64,000 bases of DNA from NCBI RefSeq assembly GCF_009914755.1, contig NC_060933.1; one strand, 5' to 3'. The stretch is from the human T2T-CHM13v2.0 reference genome, Homo sapiens. Every line of letters starts with the position of its first letter. Within the stretch, counting starts at the first letter, position 1. A program made the translations under genes and the position numbers. This document shows, piece after piece, positions 1-16,358 of the stretch. Under the pieces are notes generated by a model, which saw only the letters and a program-made list of their open reading frames with translations, was not told where the DNA came from and made no database searches.

Positions 1-228
1 ATGATCATTCAACCACAAAGTGCCTAAGCATTATTTGCAACTGCTCCACCCATTCAGAACATCTTTGCCACTTGGAACAGTTTGAGAAGAATAACTCTAT
101 GTAGTGCATGATGCTCTTGAGTCAGAATATGTGGCAATCGTAGTTGACTAAGAGAAGTAAAGAAGAAAACACCCAAAAGGTTAATCTATCTCAGAAATAC
201 AGCAGGTCTGAATGCGCGACAATAAGCT

Positions 229-234
229 TTTATT
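229..234 (-). terminator. Polyadenylation signal AATAAA
   Basis: Plus-strand tttatt. CA dinucleotides lie ~15-20 nt downstream and a GU/U-rich tract (cttttgggtgttttcttcttt) lies at ~158-180. Confidence 0.65.
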
Positions 235-1115
235 TGTAAGATATTCAAGAAAATGCCATAAATAGGAGCAAGTTAAGCAGGTTTTGCCTAATTCTGAAGA
301 GTGAAATCAGCTTGATTTTTAAATCTTTCTCAGCTATGTGAAAATACTCAGTGAAACCACAAAGTACCAGAGTTGGTTGCAATGGAATTTTTCTTTGGAA
401 GAGATCTTGCAAGGAACTTTTGCATTCTTTCATAACTTCCAAGTCCAAGAGGAGACAAGAGAAGAAATTCTTAAAATATGAGTTAAGGAAAAAGCTTCAG
501 AGAAGGAAGAACGCAGCTCAGACACAGAAGGGTGGCGGTGGACCCCGTGACACGGACACACCCGCCTTCTGGGGGTCTTCAACATGCTGTTCCACAAGTG
601 GGCCTCTTGTACATTCTTCTGCAGAAATAAAGCCTCTTCGCTGTTAAGGTCTTCATTTCAAAGATGAAAGATCTCAAGAGAATACAGATTTGCTGCTATT
701 AGCCTATTAAAGGCATTCTGGCTATGTCTGGGCAAGGAGAAAAGCAGGAACAATGACCATCATATGGAAATGCACCAATTTAAACAGGCGACCTCAGCTC
801 CGACCTCCTACTTTCATTTAGCATCAAGTGCTACACACTGTACTTACTGTATTCCCTAAAGGGGAGGAGGAAAATGAGACAGAGCAGGAAATTCTGCACA
901 CTAAAGAGAGAAGACTTATGAGAGAGCTGCTGTACAATGGCAGATTTCGAGGCTACAAAATCACATATTTAATGAAAGTAGATCAGTGGGAAAAATGCTT
1001 CTTTGCTAGACTGGGAAGGACATACTCAAGATACAGAAAACTAGAGGGAAATTGTATAGCCAACTGACGAAAATAAAACCACCCCAATTATCCTAAGCTA
1101 ACTACTTTTGATAGG

Positions 1116-1153
1116 GAAGAAAAACTGTTTCAGTGAAGAAAAACTGTTTCAGT
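1116..1153. repeat. Perfect 19-bp tandem duplication
   Basis: gaagaaaaactgtttcagt x2. Confidence 0.95.
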
Positions 1154-1455
1154 GTCTTTATCAACTGCTATTTTGAAATATGTTAAGGATAAGCATAACT
1201 TTAAAACAACGTATGTTACTTTCAATATCCTTTCTATGAGAGGAACAGTGAAGCCCACCTTCCCTCCCCACCACCATCCCATTAATTGAAAAGATTCAGA
1301 AAAAGAACCTTTGAAAATAGGCAAACCAACAAAGCTAGGAGCTGACAAGGAGAAAAACATGCATTGTGGGAACCACACTAGGCACCAGAAGTAAGCAACG
1401 GCAGAGAAACAGAACGGGACACTTACAGCAGCTATCTGTCAGGGGGTCCTGATGG

Positions 1456-1570
1456 CTACTGTGTTCTGAAACCATCGAGACAGAATAGCAGGATGGGAAG
1501 AATGTAGTCACAAACAATCCACCAGATGACAACACTACACAGTGCAGAGGTCAGCACAGCTAGGGGACAT
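1456..1570 (-). CDS. CDC14B: CDC14B alternative terminal exon, coding part (CPLAVLTSALCSVVIWWIVCDYILPILLFCLDGFRTQ*)
   Basis: Strong acceptor tctttccccttcacccctttccag|A; in frame with the phase-2 exon 12 donor; TAG at 1456-1458. Resembles the C-termini I recall for mouse Cdc14b and the retrogene CDC14C. Confidence 0.88.
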
Positions 1571-2269
1571 CTGGAAAGGGGTGAAGGGGAAAGAACAGAT
1601 GTTCAAATTGGGAAGCCAAAATAAATTACGCAATCATCAATCAATCAAGCCATATGTGAATTTTAGACACCCTAAAAGCCCAGCCAACAGCAACAGGGAT
1701 ACAAAGGGGTGGTCAACAAGGATGGAGTTTTGCCATTTTATGTTGAATAAAAAAATGCTGTGTTTAAACAGGTTTCATACTTTGGGACTCAGTCACTAGT
1801 GAGATAACTACCCCATGTTAATTTAACTTTATGATACTGAAATCAGTCACAGATAAATGATTGAGGTTCTTCAAAAAGCAGAAGATGTGCACACACAGAA
1901 AACTAAAGCAAACCACAAGGGGCAAAGGAGGCAAAACCAGATAACCAAAAACAAACAAACAAAAAAACACAAAACCCCAGACTAGTTAACAAAATCACAG
2001 GAGGCACAACTAAAAATGAACGTAATACAGCAGAACTGATCTCACTTCAAGGGAGTTACTAACTCCTGAGCCATCCAGGAAGCTAAGGGAATGGCACATT
2101 TTTATAATATGGTTCACATTTAACCCAGGGCAACACAAAATGAGCAAAATTTCACTTAGGTATGCATACTATAGACTTTTCTTAGTTGTTTTCCACACTC
2201 ATTTTCCTCATACTAGTTGGCTTTCAGCTTGGTGTTTCTTTCTTATTTTTTATTTTTTAATTATTATAA

Positions 2270-3765
<1,496 letters not shown>

Positions 3766-4012
3766 TAATCCATTGGTCTGGGTTCTAGCAGTGAGGAAGG
3801 AAACCTCCTCCCATTTGGAAGGGCAGAAGCTCTTTCCAATGACTATACTTCCAAATGGTCACCTGGATACATCTGTGACCAAATATTAGAGCCTCTACTG
3901 AGCATCTGCTGTGTGCAGAGTACTGCTAATCAATTTGGAAATGGCTGATTTGGCTTATCATGTCATTTTTATTGTTGACCTCATCACTGTCATCATTAAA
4001 AATTACATGTCA

Positions 4013-4302
4013 GGCCAGGCGCAGTGGCTCACGCCTGTAATCCCAGCACTTTAGGAGGCTGAGGCGGGCAGATCACGAGGTCAGGAGTTTGAGACCAGCC
4101 TGGCCAACACGGTGAAACCCCATCTCTACTAAAAATACAAAAATTAGCGAGGCGTGGTGGCGTGTGCCTGTATTCCCAGCTACTCAGGAGGCTGAGGCAG
4201 GAGAATCACTTGAACCCATAAGGTGGAGGTTGCAGTGAGCCAAGATTACGCCACTGTACCCCAGCCTGGGTGACAAAGCAAGACTCTGTCTCGGGGAAAA
4301 AG
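4013..4302 (+). mobile_element. AluS
   Basis: Full length; TSD aaattacatg(t/c)ca. Confidence 0.92.
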
Positions 4303-4632
4303 AAATTACATGCCAGGCATCCTATATTGTGGAAAGGGATTAGACTAAAGGGTGAACTCGAAATACAGCCTAACCTTACCCCACAAGTTATACCCACACC
4401 ATCTTATTTAATCTTCCCACAAAAAAAACAAGCTACTAATATACATAAAGATCACAGGGGTGAATATTTAAATGGAATGAATAAATGGTCTGGGAGCCCT
4501 AGAGAACTCTCTACCGATCCCAGCCTTCACCTTCAGTTCCTTAAAGGCAGAATGGCCCGAATGTCCAAGTGTCAGCATTATAGATGGTTACTTTTTCCTC
4601 TAGTAAACCTCATGGCTTAAGAATTATTTTCC

Positions 4633-4943
4633 GGCCGGGTGCAGTGGCTCACACCTGTAATCCCAGCACTTTGGGAGGCCAAGGTGGGCAGATCACGAGG
4701 TCAGGAGATCGAGACCATCCTGGCTAACACAGTGAAACCCTGTCTCTACTAAAAATACAAAAATTTAGCCGGGCGTGGTGGTGGGCGCCTGTATTCCCAG
4801 CTACTTGGGAGGCTGAGGCAGGAGAATGGCATGATCCCAGGAGGCGGAGCTTGCAGTGAGCCGAGATCGCACCACTTTACTCCAGCCTGGGCGACAGGGC
4901 GATACTCTGTCTCAAAAATAAAAATAAAAAATAAAAATAAAAA
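4633..4943 (+). mobile_element. AluY
   Basis: Full length; TSD aagaattattttcc at 4619-4632 and 4944-4957. Confidence 0.93.
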
Positions 4944-5230
4944 AAGAATTATTTTCCATTGCTAACAGATATACTCATCTCCAAACCTACCAAAACCATC
5001 AGTATGCAGAACGACAGGCCTCATGGCTCAAGTTATGCAATCTACCAAATCCATTTTAGCACAGACAATATACTTGTCATCACGTCCTGAAGATCAGCTC
5101 AATGTCATGGTGCCACATGGTTTCCTGTCATCATTGTAGTCAGGATCAGACAGGCTGAGCAAATGGCCATTTTATAATCACTAAAAACTTAAACTCTCCC
5201 CCAAAACTGACCATTTATAAAAGAGAAACC

Positions 5231-5530
5231 GGCCAGGCGCCGGTGGTTCATGCCTGTAATCCTAGCACTTTGGGAGGCTGAGGTGGGTGTACCACTTGAG
5301 GTCAGGATTTCGAGACCAGCCTGGCCAACATGGTGAAACCTTGTCTCTACTAAAAATACAAAAAATTAGCTGGGTGTGGTGGTGCATAATCCCAGATACT
5401 CCGGAGGCTCAGGCAGCAGAATCACTTGAACCTGGGAGGCAGAGGTTGCAGTGAGCCGAGGGCACACCATTGCACTCCAGCCCGGCCAACAGAGCAAGAC
5501 TCTGTCTTAAAAAAAAAAAAAAAAAAAAAA
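5231..5530 (+). mobile_element. AluS
   Basis: Poly-A tail; TSD aaaagagaaacc. Confidence 0.92.
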
Positions 5531-6147
5531 AGAGAAACCAATCATTGGAATAATATTTTATGTACTATAACCTTCTCCTAAGAATCACTAGTACTTGTGT
5601 ATTTCTCACTAACTTTCCTTCTTGCATGTACTGTATTTTCATAAGGCTAAGTGCCAATGCTAAAGCAAAATAACTTGCTCACAGAAATCAATGAGTCAAA
5701 CTTGGATGAAGAAATTGATTTTGTATTTTTCAACCCAAGCAACTGTTGAGAACAGTCCCTCAGGGACTTCTATTCCTAAAATAACAACATAGACACAAGA
5801 GGGAAAGAAAGAAAATCTTCAATTGATCTTTTCTAGGGCCAAAAAACTGCAAATAATAGCAGAGAGGGTTTGAAAAAGCAGAGACGGGGATAAGCAAAAT
5901 GTTGTAAGGGAGGAGGAAGGAGATTTGCTGAGACTCATCAAAAATCCCCTCGGGTCTATACACATAACTCAGAGCTTAGAAAAACTAGCATTTCGCTTTC
6001 TTCTTTAAAAGTGTGGCCTAAAACTTTGTTATTTGTGTTATGTGGGGCTATTTATATATATTGTTTTTGGGATATTACCAAAAGGAATCCTGAGCTACCT
6101 CTTTGTTTTTTAACTTTTACCATTGTACTTGATTTTACTTATTTATT

Positions 6148-6290
6148 TAGACAGGGTCTCACTCTGTCACCCAGGCTGGATGCAGTGATCATGGCTCACT
6201 GCAGCCTCAGACTCCTGGGCTCAAGTAGTCCTGTTGCCTCAGCCTCCCGCATAGCCTGGTCTACAGGTGCGCACAGCCACGCCCAGCTAG
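6148..6290 (-). mobile_element. Alu right-arm fragment
   Basis: Partial reverse Alu. Confidence 0.8.
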
Positions 6291-6504
6291 ATTTGAACTC
6301 ACGTTAATGAGAGTAGCAGATTCAGAGGGTGACTAAAGGAAATTTCCTATTTAACAAAAACTTTTGACTAAGCAGGATTTGTATCCCCTGACTCTCAACT
6401 TGACTTTTGAACAGCAGGCAACAAAATATTAAAACATAAACTGATGATGCTGATTCTGAAAAACAAAACAAAAAATCCCAGACACAGCTAAAATCAACCC
6501 ACAA

Positions 6505-6668
6505 AAGCATCAGTTTCCTAGGGCTTGCAATTCAATGTGTGGTCCCTGGACCAGCAGCCTCGGATAGAAATGTGAACTCTTGGGCCCCACCCCCACCCCA
6601 CCAATCATAACCCATATTTCAACAAGCGCCCGGGTGCCTCCTGCACACTGAAGTCTGAGAAGCACTGC
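6505..6668. mobile_element. MER5A-like DNA transposon relic
   Basis: gtgtggtccctggaccagcagc ... tgagaagcactg. Confidence 0.6.
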
Positions 6669-6820
6669 TCGAGGGTGCTGCCTGCCTCCTCCACCACATC
6701 CAGAATTAGTATCTGGATGATTACCTGGAGCCACCATAATACTTCCAAAGAAAAACCATTAAGGCCTTAGGTGAAGACTTTTAATAAGGAAATTAAAAAC
6801 AAAATGGCATTTGGAGTTAA

Positions 6821-7181
<361 letters not shown>

Positions 7182-8283
7182 TAGTTGACTAAAGTACCAC
7201 TAAGTTGCAAAAGAAATGCTTAATAAATGCCTATAATCAAAATGGATGCCCTACATTCATTCACATAACACTGCATATTGTAAAACTCAATTCTTTGCCT
7301 TGGGTCTTTTAAGAAGAACCTCCCAGGGGAGCAACCCATAATGACACATGCCTTAGGTGTAATTCTACTTCAGAATTTTTATGACGAGACACTAGTGAGG
7401 AATTACTTTTAATTGAAAAGAAAACCTGTTCTCTGCCAATATAAATGGTATATTATATCATACTTCCTTACCATATTACAAGATGCTTACTGAATAAATG
7501 ATCTATGTCCATCACACTCCCTCCCCGCAAAAAAGAAGGCTGGAAATCTGGTGTCCCACAATGAAAAAGGAAGTAACTAGAAGGAAGAAATCCAATGGCA
7601 ACAAGTGGGAGCATTTACTAAAGAACAGCCTACAAAAAATACCATGGTCATGTACTTTGCTTCTGCATATTTTTCTAACAATCTTGGATGCTCCATCAGG
7701 TTGAATCCCAACTAACACACATTCACAAGAATGTACACATAGACATACATACACTCAGTACTACAACATTTCCTATTCTCAGGCTAAATCTTCCTCTATA
7801 ATTAGAAAATCATTCCCCAAAGAAACAAACGAAAAACCCAAAATATAGTTTAGACCAGTTCATTGTTGCCCCAAAACAACATAATGTCATTAAGCCATCA
7901 TGTCATGCTTATCAAAACAAATGATCTGCAACATGGCAAATGTAAAGAAATACACCACTTTAGTAACTATGGACAAGTCTGGCATCCTGGGCTTTACATC
8001 TGCTGTCGCGCTCCTGAGGATGCCCCATGCTGATTATTCATGGAGAAAAAGTATCCCTGATGTCGCCTTCCCACCCATAAAGGCTCATGAGGACCAAGGT
8101 AAACAAGGGACAGCTGAGAGCTTCCAAGGCCAGCACCCCTAGGTTTTAAATAACATAGGCAAGCATTTCAAAGTGGCATCATGGGCTTGCAACTATGGAG
8201 AAAAATGTACAGGAAAAACCCTCACCAAGGACCCCACACACATATGAAGAAACATCAACCACAACAAAGGAACCCAGACTCAC

Positions 8284-8381
8284 GTGAGAGGAATAGCGTT
8301 TGTTTTGGATTGTCTTCTGCTTTTCAAGGCCCGAAGTCTATCACCTTGTGTCACTCCATTGATTTCGTCATCATCACTGTA
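8284..8381 (-). CDS. CDC14B: CDC14B exon 12 ([33 protein letters not shown])
   Basis: acacag|TACAGT ... CTCAC|gtgagt; 98 nt; conserved [11 protein letters not shown] motif. Confidence 0.96.
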
Positions 8382-9038
8382 CTGTGTAAGTAAAAAAACA
8401 CTGAGCTAATGATTTAAGTTGCACTTATTAATGCAGTACAGCAGAGCAGCAATTTATCCACATGAACACAGTCCAAGTTTCTGCAAGCTCTAGAATATTT
8501 TTCCCTTTCACAATCAAGCTTCAGGTGACATTTTAAGACAGCCAAAGTTGACTTTCAGAGACAACACAGCAGCACTCTTGTTAGAAAACACATCAACAGT
8601 GAAGAGGGTTAATGGGCTTTCAAGTTTGAAAACGCTCTTTTTAAAATCTCAGTGTACTTACTACCACTTAATGTAGTAGTACTGCTACCCCCTAAGCCTT
8701 TGATTTGTTAAAAGCTCTCTATTTGAGAATGATTGCTTTCCTAAATCAGCTGTTGTGAAATGGCAAAAAGGGGTGAGGGGCAGGGGTAGATCTGGCTGAA
8801 GAGCTCACTTCACAACCTTTTATGCACCTGCTGAGTAAGTAAAACATAGTTTTATGGACACACAACCTTGTTTCCACTATTTTGGGTAAAAAGTGCCTAG
8901 AGAGGGTTATAAATATAAAAAACTGACAATCATCCAAGAGCTGCTTTATTATTTTACCTACGGTTTTCTCCATACCCTGACAGGTTCTCAATAGCAGTTA
9001 AAGCAGTAACAACATCGCAACAGAAACGGCTTGATTAC

Positions 9039-9198
9039 CGGTTCGGGTTCTTGCTGATCTTGATTCTCGACCCCATTTATGGAAATGTCATCAACGCCAG
9101 AGAGAAGTTTGGAGAAGGCTGCTCTGTGTTGTCCATTCTCCTGCCCCTTTAACTTCTGACGAAAATAGTCCCCTTCCAGCCAGAGGTTGGTTTGCTTC
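9039..9198 (-). CDS. CDC14B: CDC14B exon 11 ([17 protein letters not shown]...QDQQEPEP)
   Basis: ctctag|GAAGCA ... GAACCG|gtaatc; 160 nt; follows a 166-nt intron. Confidence 0.96.
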
Positions 9199-9364
9199 CT
9201 AGAGCATTTAAATAACATCAAAATAGAGCTTTCCAGAAAGATACATGAACAACTTCTTCCTACCAGATTATCTGTTGTTGTTGGAAACTAAAGGAAATTC
9301 CACTCCCCATCAGATTCCAACCCCACATGTTCCCTGGGAACTACAGACGTAGGCTACTACTTAC

Positions 9365-9503
9365 ATCACCAAAAACTGCTGCTGAGGCCCAATCACCGAG
9401 CCAGGTCTGCAGATCCTGACCCACGCAATGGTCTCGGCTGCTGTCATCCTGTAATGCTTCATGATGTAGCAGGCTATCAGAGTGCCCGTGCGACCAAGGC
9501 CAG
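9365..9503 (-). CDS. CDC14B: CDC14B exon 10 ([45 protein letters not shown])
   Basis: ttcctag|CTGGCC ... GTGAT|gtaagt; 139 nt; completes the HCKAGLGRTG PTP loop; [10 protein letters not shown] motif. Confidence 0.98.
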
Positions 9504-9664
9504 CTAGGAAAATAAAGAAGCACAGAAATGAAACTTGGGCTGATGTACTCCAGGATTTTGTTGGGCAGGCAGAATTTTTTTAAAAGGCTTCTCATGACTC
9601 TGCTTCTTTCAATAGTGGTTCTCAAGGCTGGTTACACTCTGGAATCACCTAGAGAGGTTTTTAA

Positions 9665-10017
<353 letters not shown>

Positions 10018-10337
10018 TTACGCCAAGAATTTAGATTTAACTGGTATGCAGCATAGCTTGGACACAGAGATTCCTAAAATCTTCCAGATGATTCTATGTG
10101 TAGCCGAGGTGGAGAATCACTTTCTGAGCAATGATTCTCAGTAAGTGCAGTGTCTTCTGCCCTGGGCATTTTAGAAAAACGGTACCACCATCTTTGCAAA
10201 ACCAAAGGCTTGTAATTTTGCACTTACTCCCACATCCAATTATGTTTTCTGGTCTGTAATACCCATTTTCACTCAGATTTTTTTAAACCTCTATTGGTGC
10301 TGGCCTGTCTTATCTAGACTATTATCATTACCTCCAG

Positions 10338-12363
<2,026 letters not shown>

Positions 12364-12486
12364 CTCTTAATGAATCTCAATTTTCACTGTACAGCCCAAT
12401 TTTCATACTGTCATCATTTTTCTTCCCTAAACAAAGATGCAATCAAATAAGATCCTCTCTAGGCTTTTAATTGGTCATCATTCTAT

Positions 12487-12700
12487 TTCAGGGTATCTCA
12501 ACCTCAGCAGTACTAACATTTGAGGCTGGATAATTATTTATAGTGAGGAGCTGTCCTGTGCGCTGTAGGATGTTTAGCAGCATCGCTGATCTCTACCCAC
12601 CAGATGCCCGTGGTACCCAACCCCCAAAAAAGGTCTCTGCAGGTTGCCAAATGTCGGGTGTGTGATGGGGTTGGGGTGCAAAAGGACCTTGCTGAAGAAT
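12487..12700. mobile_element. MER20-like
   Basis: tctcaacctcagcagtactaacatttg...ctgtcctgtgcgctgtaggatgtttagcagcatc. Confidence 0.7.
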
Positions 12701-12901
12701 TCCTTCAACTGCTTTTTATAATTAAAAAATGAAATAAGCAATGCTGGCTTTTGTTTTAATTATGTTTAAAAATTGGAGTAAAATATACATAAAATTTACC
12801 ATTTTTCTTCAGGCATCATTTTCCTGATTTCATTTAGTTGTCTGAATTCTGTTTTAGCTCACTGAACATGTTTAAGACAGTTATTTTAAATTCTGTATTG
12901 G

Positions 12902-13229
<328 letters not shown>

Positions 13230-13238
13230 TTAGTGTAA

Positions 13239-13693
<455 letters not shown>

Positions 13694-14004
13694 ACTCTGG
13701 ACCCATTAAACAATAACTACCAATCCCTGCCTCCCCTCAGGCCCTGGCAACCACCAATCTACTTTCTCTTACCCCAAGTATCTCATACAACTGGATTCAT
13801 ACAATATCTGTCCTTTTCTGACTGGCAAACCTAAATTGGCCTAATATCTTTAAGGTTCATCCATGTGGCAGTACATGTGTCAGAATTTTCTTCATTTCTA
13901 AAGATGCATAATATTCTGTTGTATGATATAGCACATTTTCTTTAGCCATTTCTTTAGCCTTCCTCTGATGGAAACCTGGATTGCTTCCACCTTTTGGCTA
14001 TTCA

Positions 14005-14337
<333 letters not shown>

Positions 14338-15254
14338 CTACAACATGGGTGTAAAAATATCTGTTCATATCCCTGCTGTCAATTGTTTCTGAGCATATAA
14401 CCAGAGATGGAACTGCTGAATGACGTTAATTTTTTCAGGAACTGCCACACCATTTTCCATAGCAGCTGCATTGTTTTATACTCCCACTAGCAGTACACAA
14501 GGCTTCTAATTTTCTCCACATCTCCACACTTGTAATTTTCTGGTGGTGATGTTTTTGTTCTTTTAGATAACAGCCATCCCAATGGGTATAAAGTGGTATC
14601 TCACTGTGGTTGTGATTTGACTTTCCCTATAAGTCAAAAATGCTGAGAACTTTACTTGTGCTCACTGGCCATTTTATATCTTTGGAGAAAGGTGTATTCA
14701 AGTCCTCTTCCCATTTATGAACTGGGTTTTGTTGTTGTTTTTAGGCGTTTTCTCTATATCTTCTGGATGTTAATCCCTTATCAGAAGTGATTTGCAAATA
14801 TTTTCTCCCAATCCATGGGTTACCTTGTTACTCTGCTGATAGTATACTTTGATGCACAAAAGTTTTAAAATTTTATATAGTCCGATTTGTCTGTTCTTTC
14901 ATTGTCAGTGCCTTTGGTGTCATATTACTGCCAAATCTAATGTCATGAAGTTTTCACCCTCTGTTTTCCTCTAAGAGTTTTATAGTTTTAAGTCCTATAT
15001 TTAGGTCCTTGATCCATTTTAATTTTTGTATATGGTGTTATGTAAGGGCCCAATTTCATTCTTTTACATGTGGATATCAGGTTTTCCCAGCACCATTTGT
15101 TGAAAAGACTGTCCTTTCCCCATTGAGTGGTTTCTGTATCCTTCTTGAATGTCATTTGACCATATACACAAGGATTTATTTCTGAGCTCTCTATCCTATC
15201 ACTGGTCTATGTATCTGTCTTTATGCCAGTACCACACAATCTTGATTGATGTAG

Positions 15255-15572
<318 letters not shown>

Positions 15573-16074
15573 GTATGAAGTTTTAAACCAGGAAGTGAGT
15601 CCTCCAACCTTTTTATTCTTTCTCAAGATTGTTTTGGCCATTTGGCATCCCTTGAGATTCCAAATGAATTTCAGAATCATTTTTCTATTTTTGCAAGAAA
15701 TGTTGAAATTTTGACAGGCTTGCATTGAATCTGTATATCCCTTCGGGCAATACTGACATGTTAACAATATTAAGTCACCCAGTGCACAAATGTGATGTCA
15801 TTACATTTAATTACATCTTCTTTAATTTTCCTCAAAAATGTTTTATACAAATCTTTCATCTCCTTGGTTAATTCCCCAATATTTGATTCTTCTTGATGCT
15901 ATTATAAATGAAACTGTATTCTTAGTTTCTTTTTTATATTTTTATTGTCAGGGCTTAGAAACAAGGGATTTTTGCCTGTTGATTGTATATGCTGCTACTT
16001 CTTTGCTGAACTCATTTATTAATTCTAGCAGGGGCTCTGTGTGTGTGTGCGTAATCTTGAGGGTTCTCTCTCTG

Positions 16075-16358
16075 TTTTTTTTTTTTTGGAGACAGAGTCT
16101 TGCTCTGTCCCCCAGGCTGGAGTGCAGTGGCGAGATCTCAGCTCACTGCAACCTCCACCTCCCAGATTCACGCAATTCTCCTGCCTTAGCATGCGCCACG
16201 CCCGGCTAATTTTTTTTTTTTTTTTTTTTGGTATTTTAGTAGAGGCGGGGTTTCACCGTGTTGCCCAGGCTGGTCTCAAACTTCTGAGCTCAGGCAATCT
16301 ACCCACCTCGGCCTCCCAAAGTGCTAGGATTACAGCCAAGAGCCATTGCACCTGGCCC
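16075..16358 (-). mobile_element. AluS with internal deletion
   Basis: Reverse Alu. Confidence 0.88.

Larger units (their letters stand above)
209..1455 (-). other. CDC14B: 3' UTR of the alternative terminal exon
   Basis: Repeat-free sequence between the stop codon and the AATAAA; 3' end inferred. Confidence 0.65.

Noticed and set aside
351-647. 98-aa Lys/Arg-rich plus-strand ORF
   Set aside because: GTG start, antisense to the pyrimidine-rich 3' UTR, no recognisable domain
8988-9038. Cys-rich read-through after exon 11 ([16 protein letters not shown])
   Set aside because: Short intronic extension with no independent support such as a clear nearby PAS or known homology
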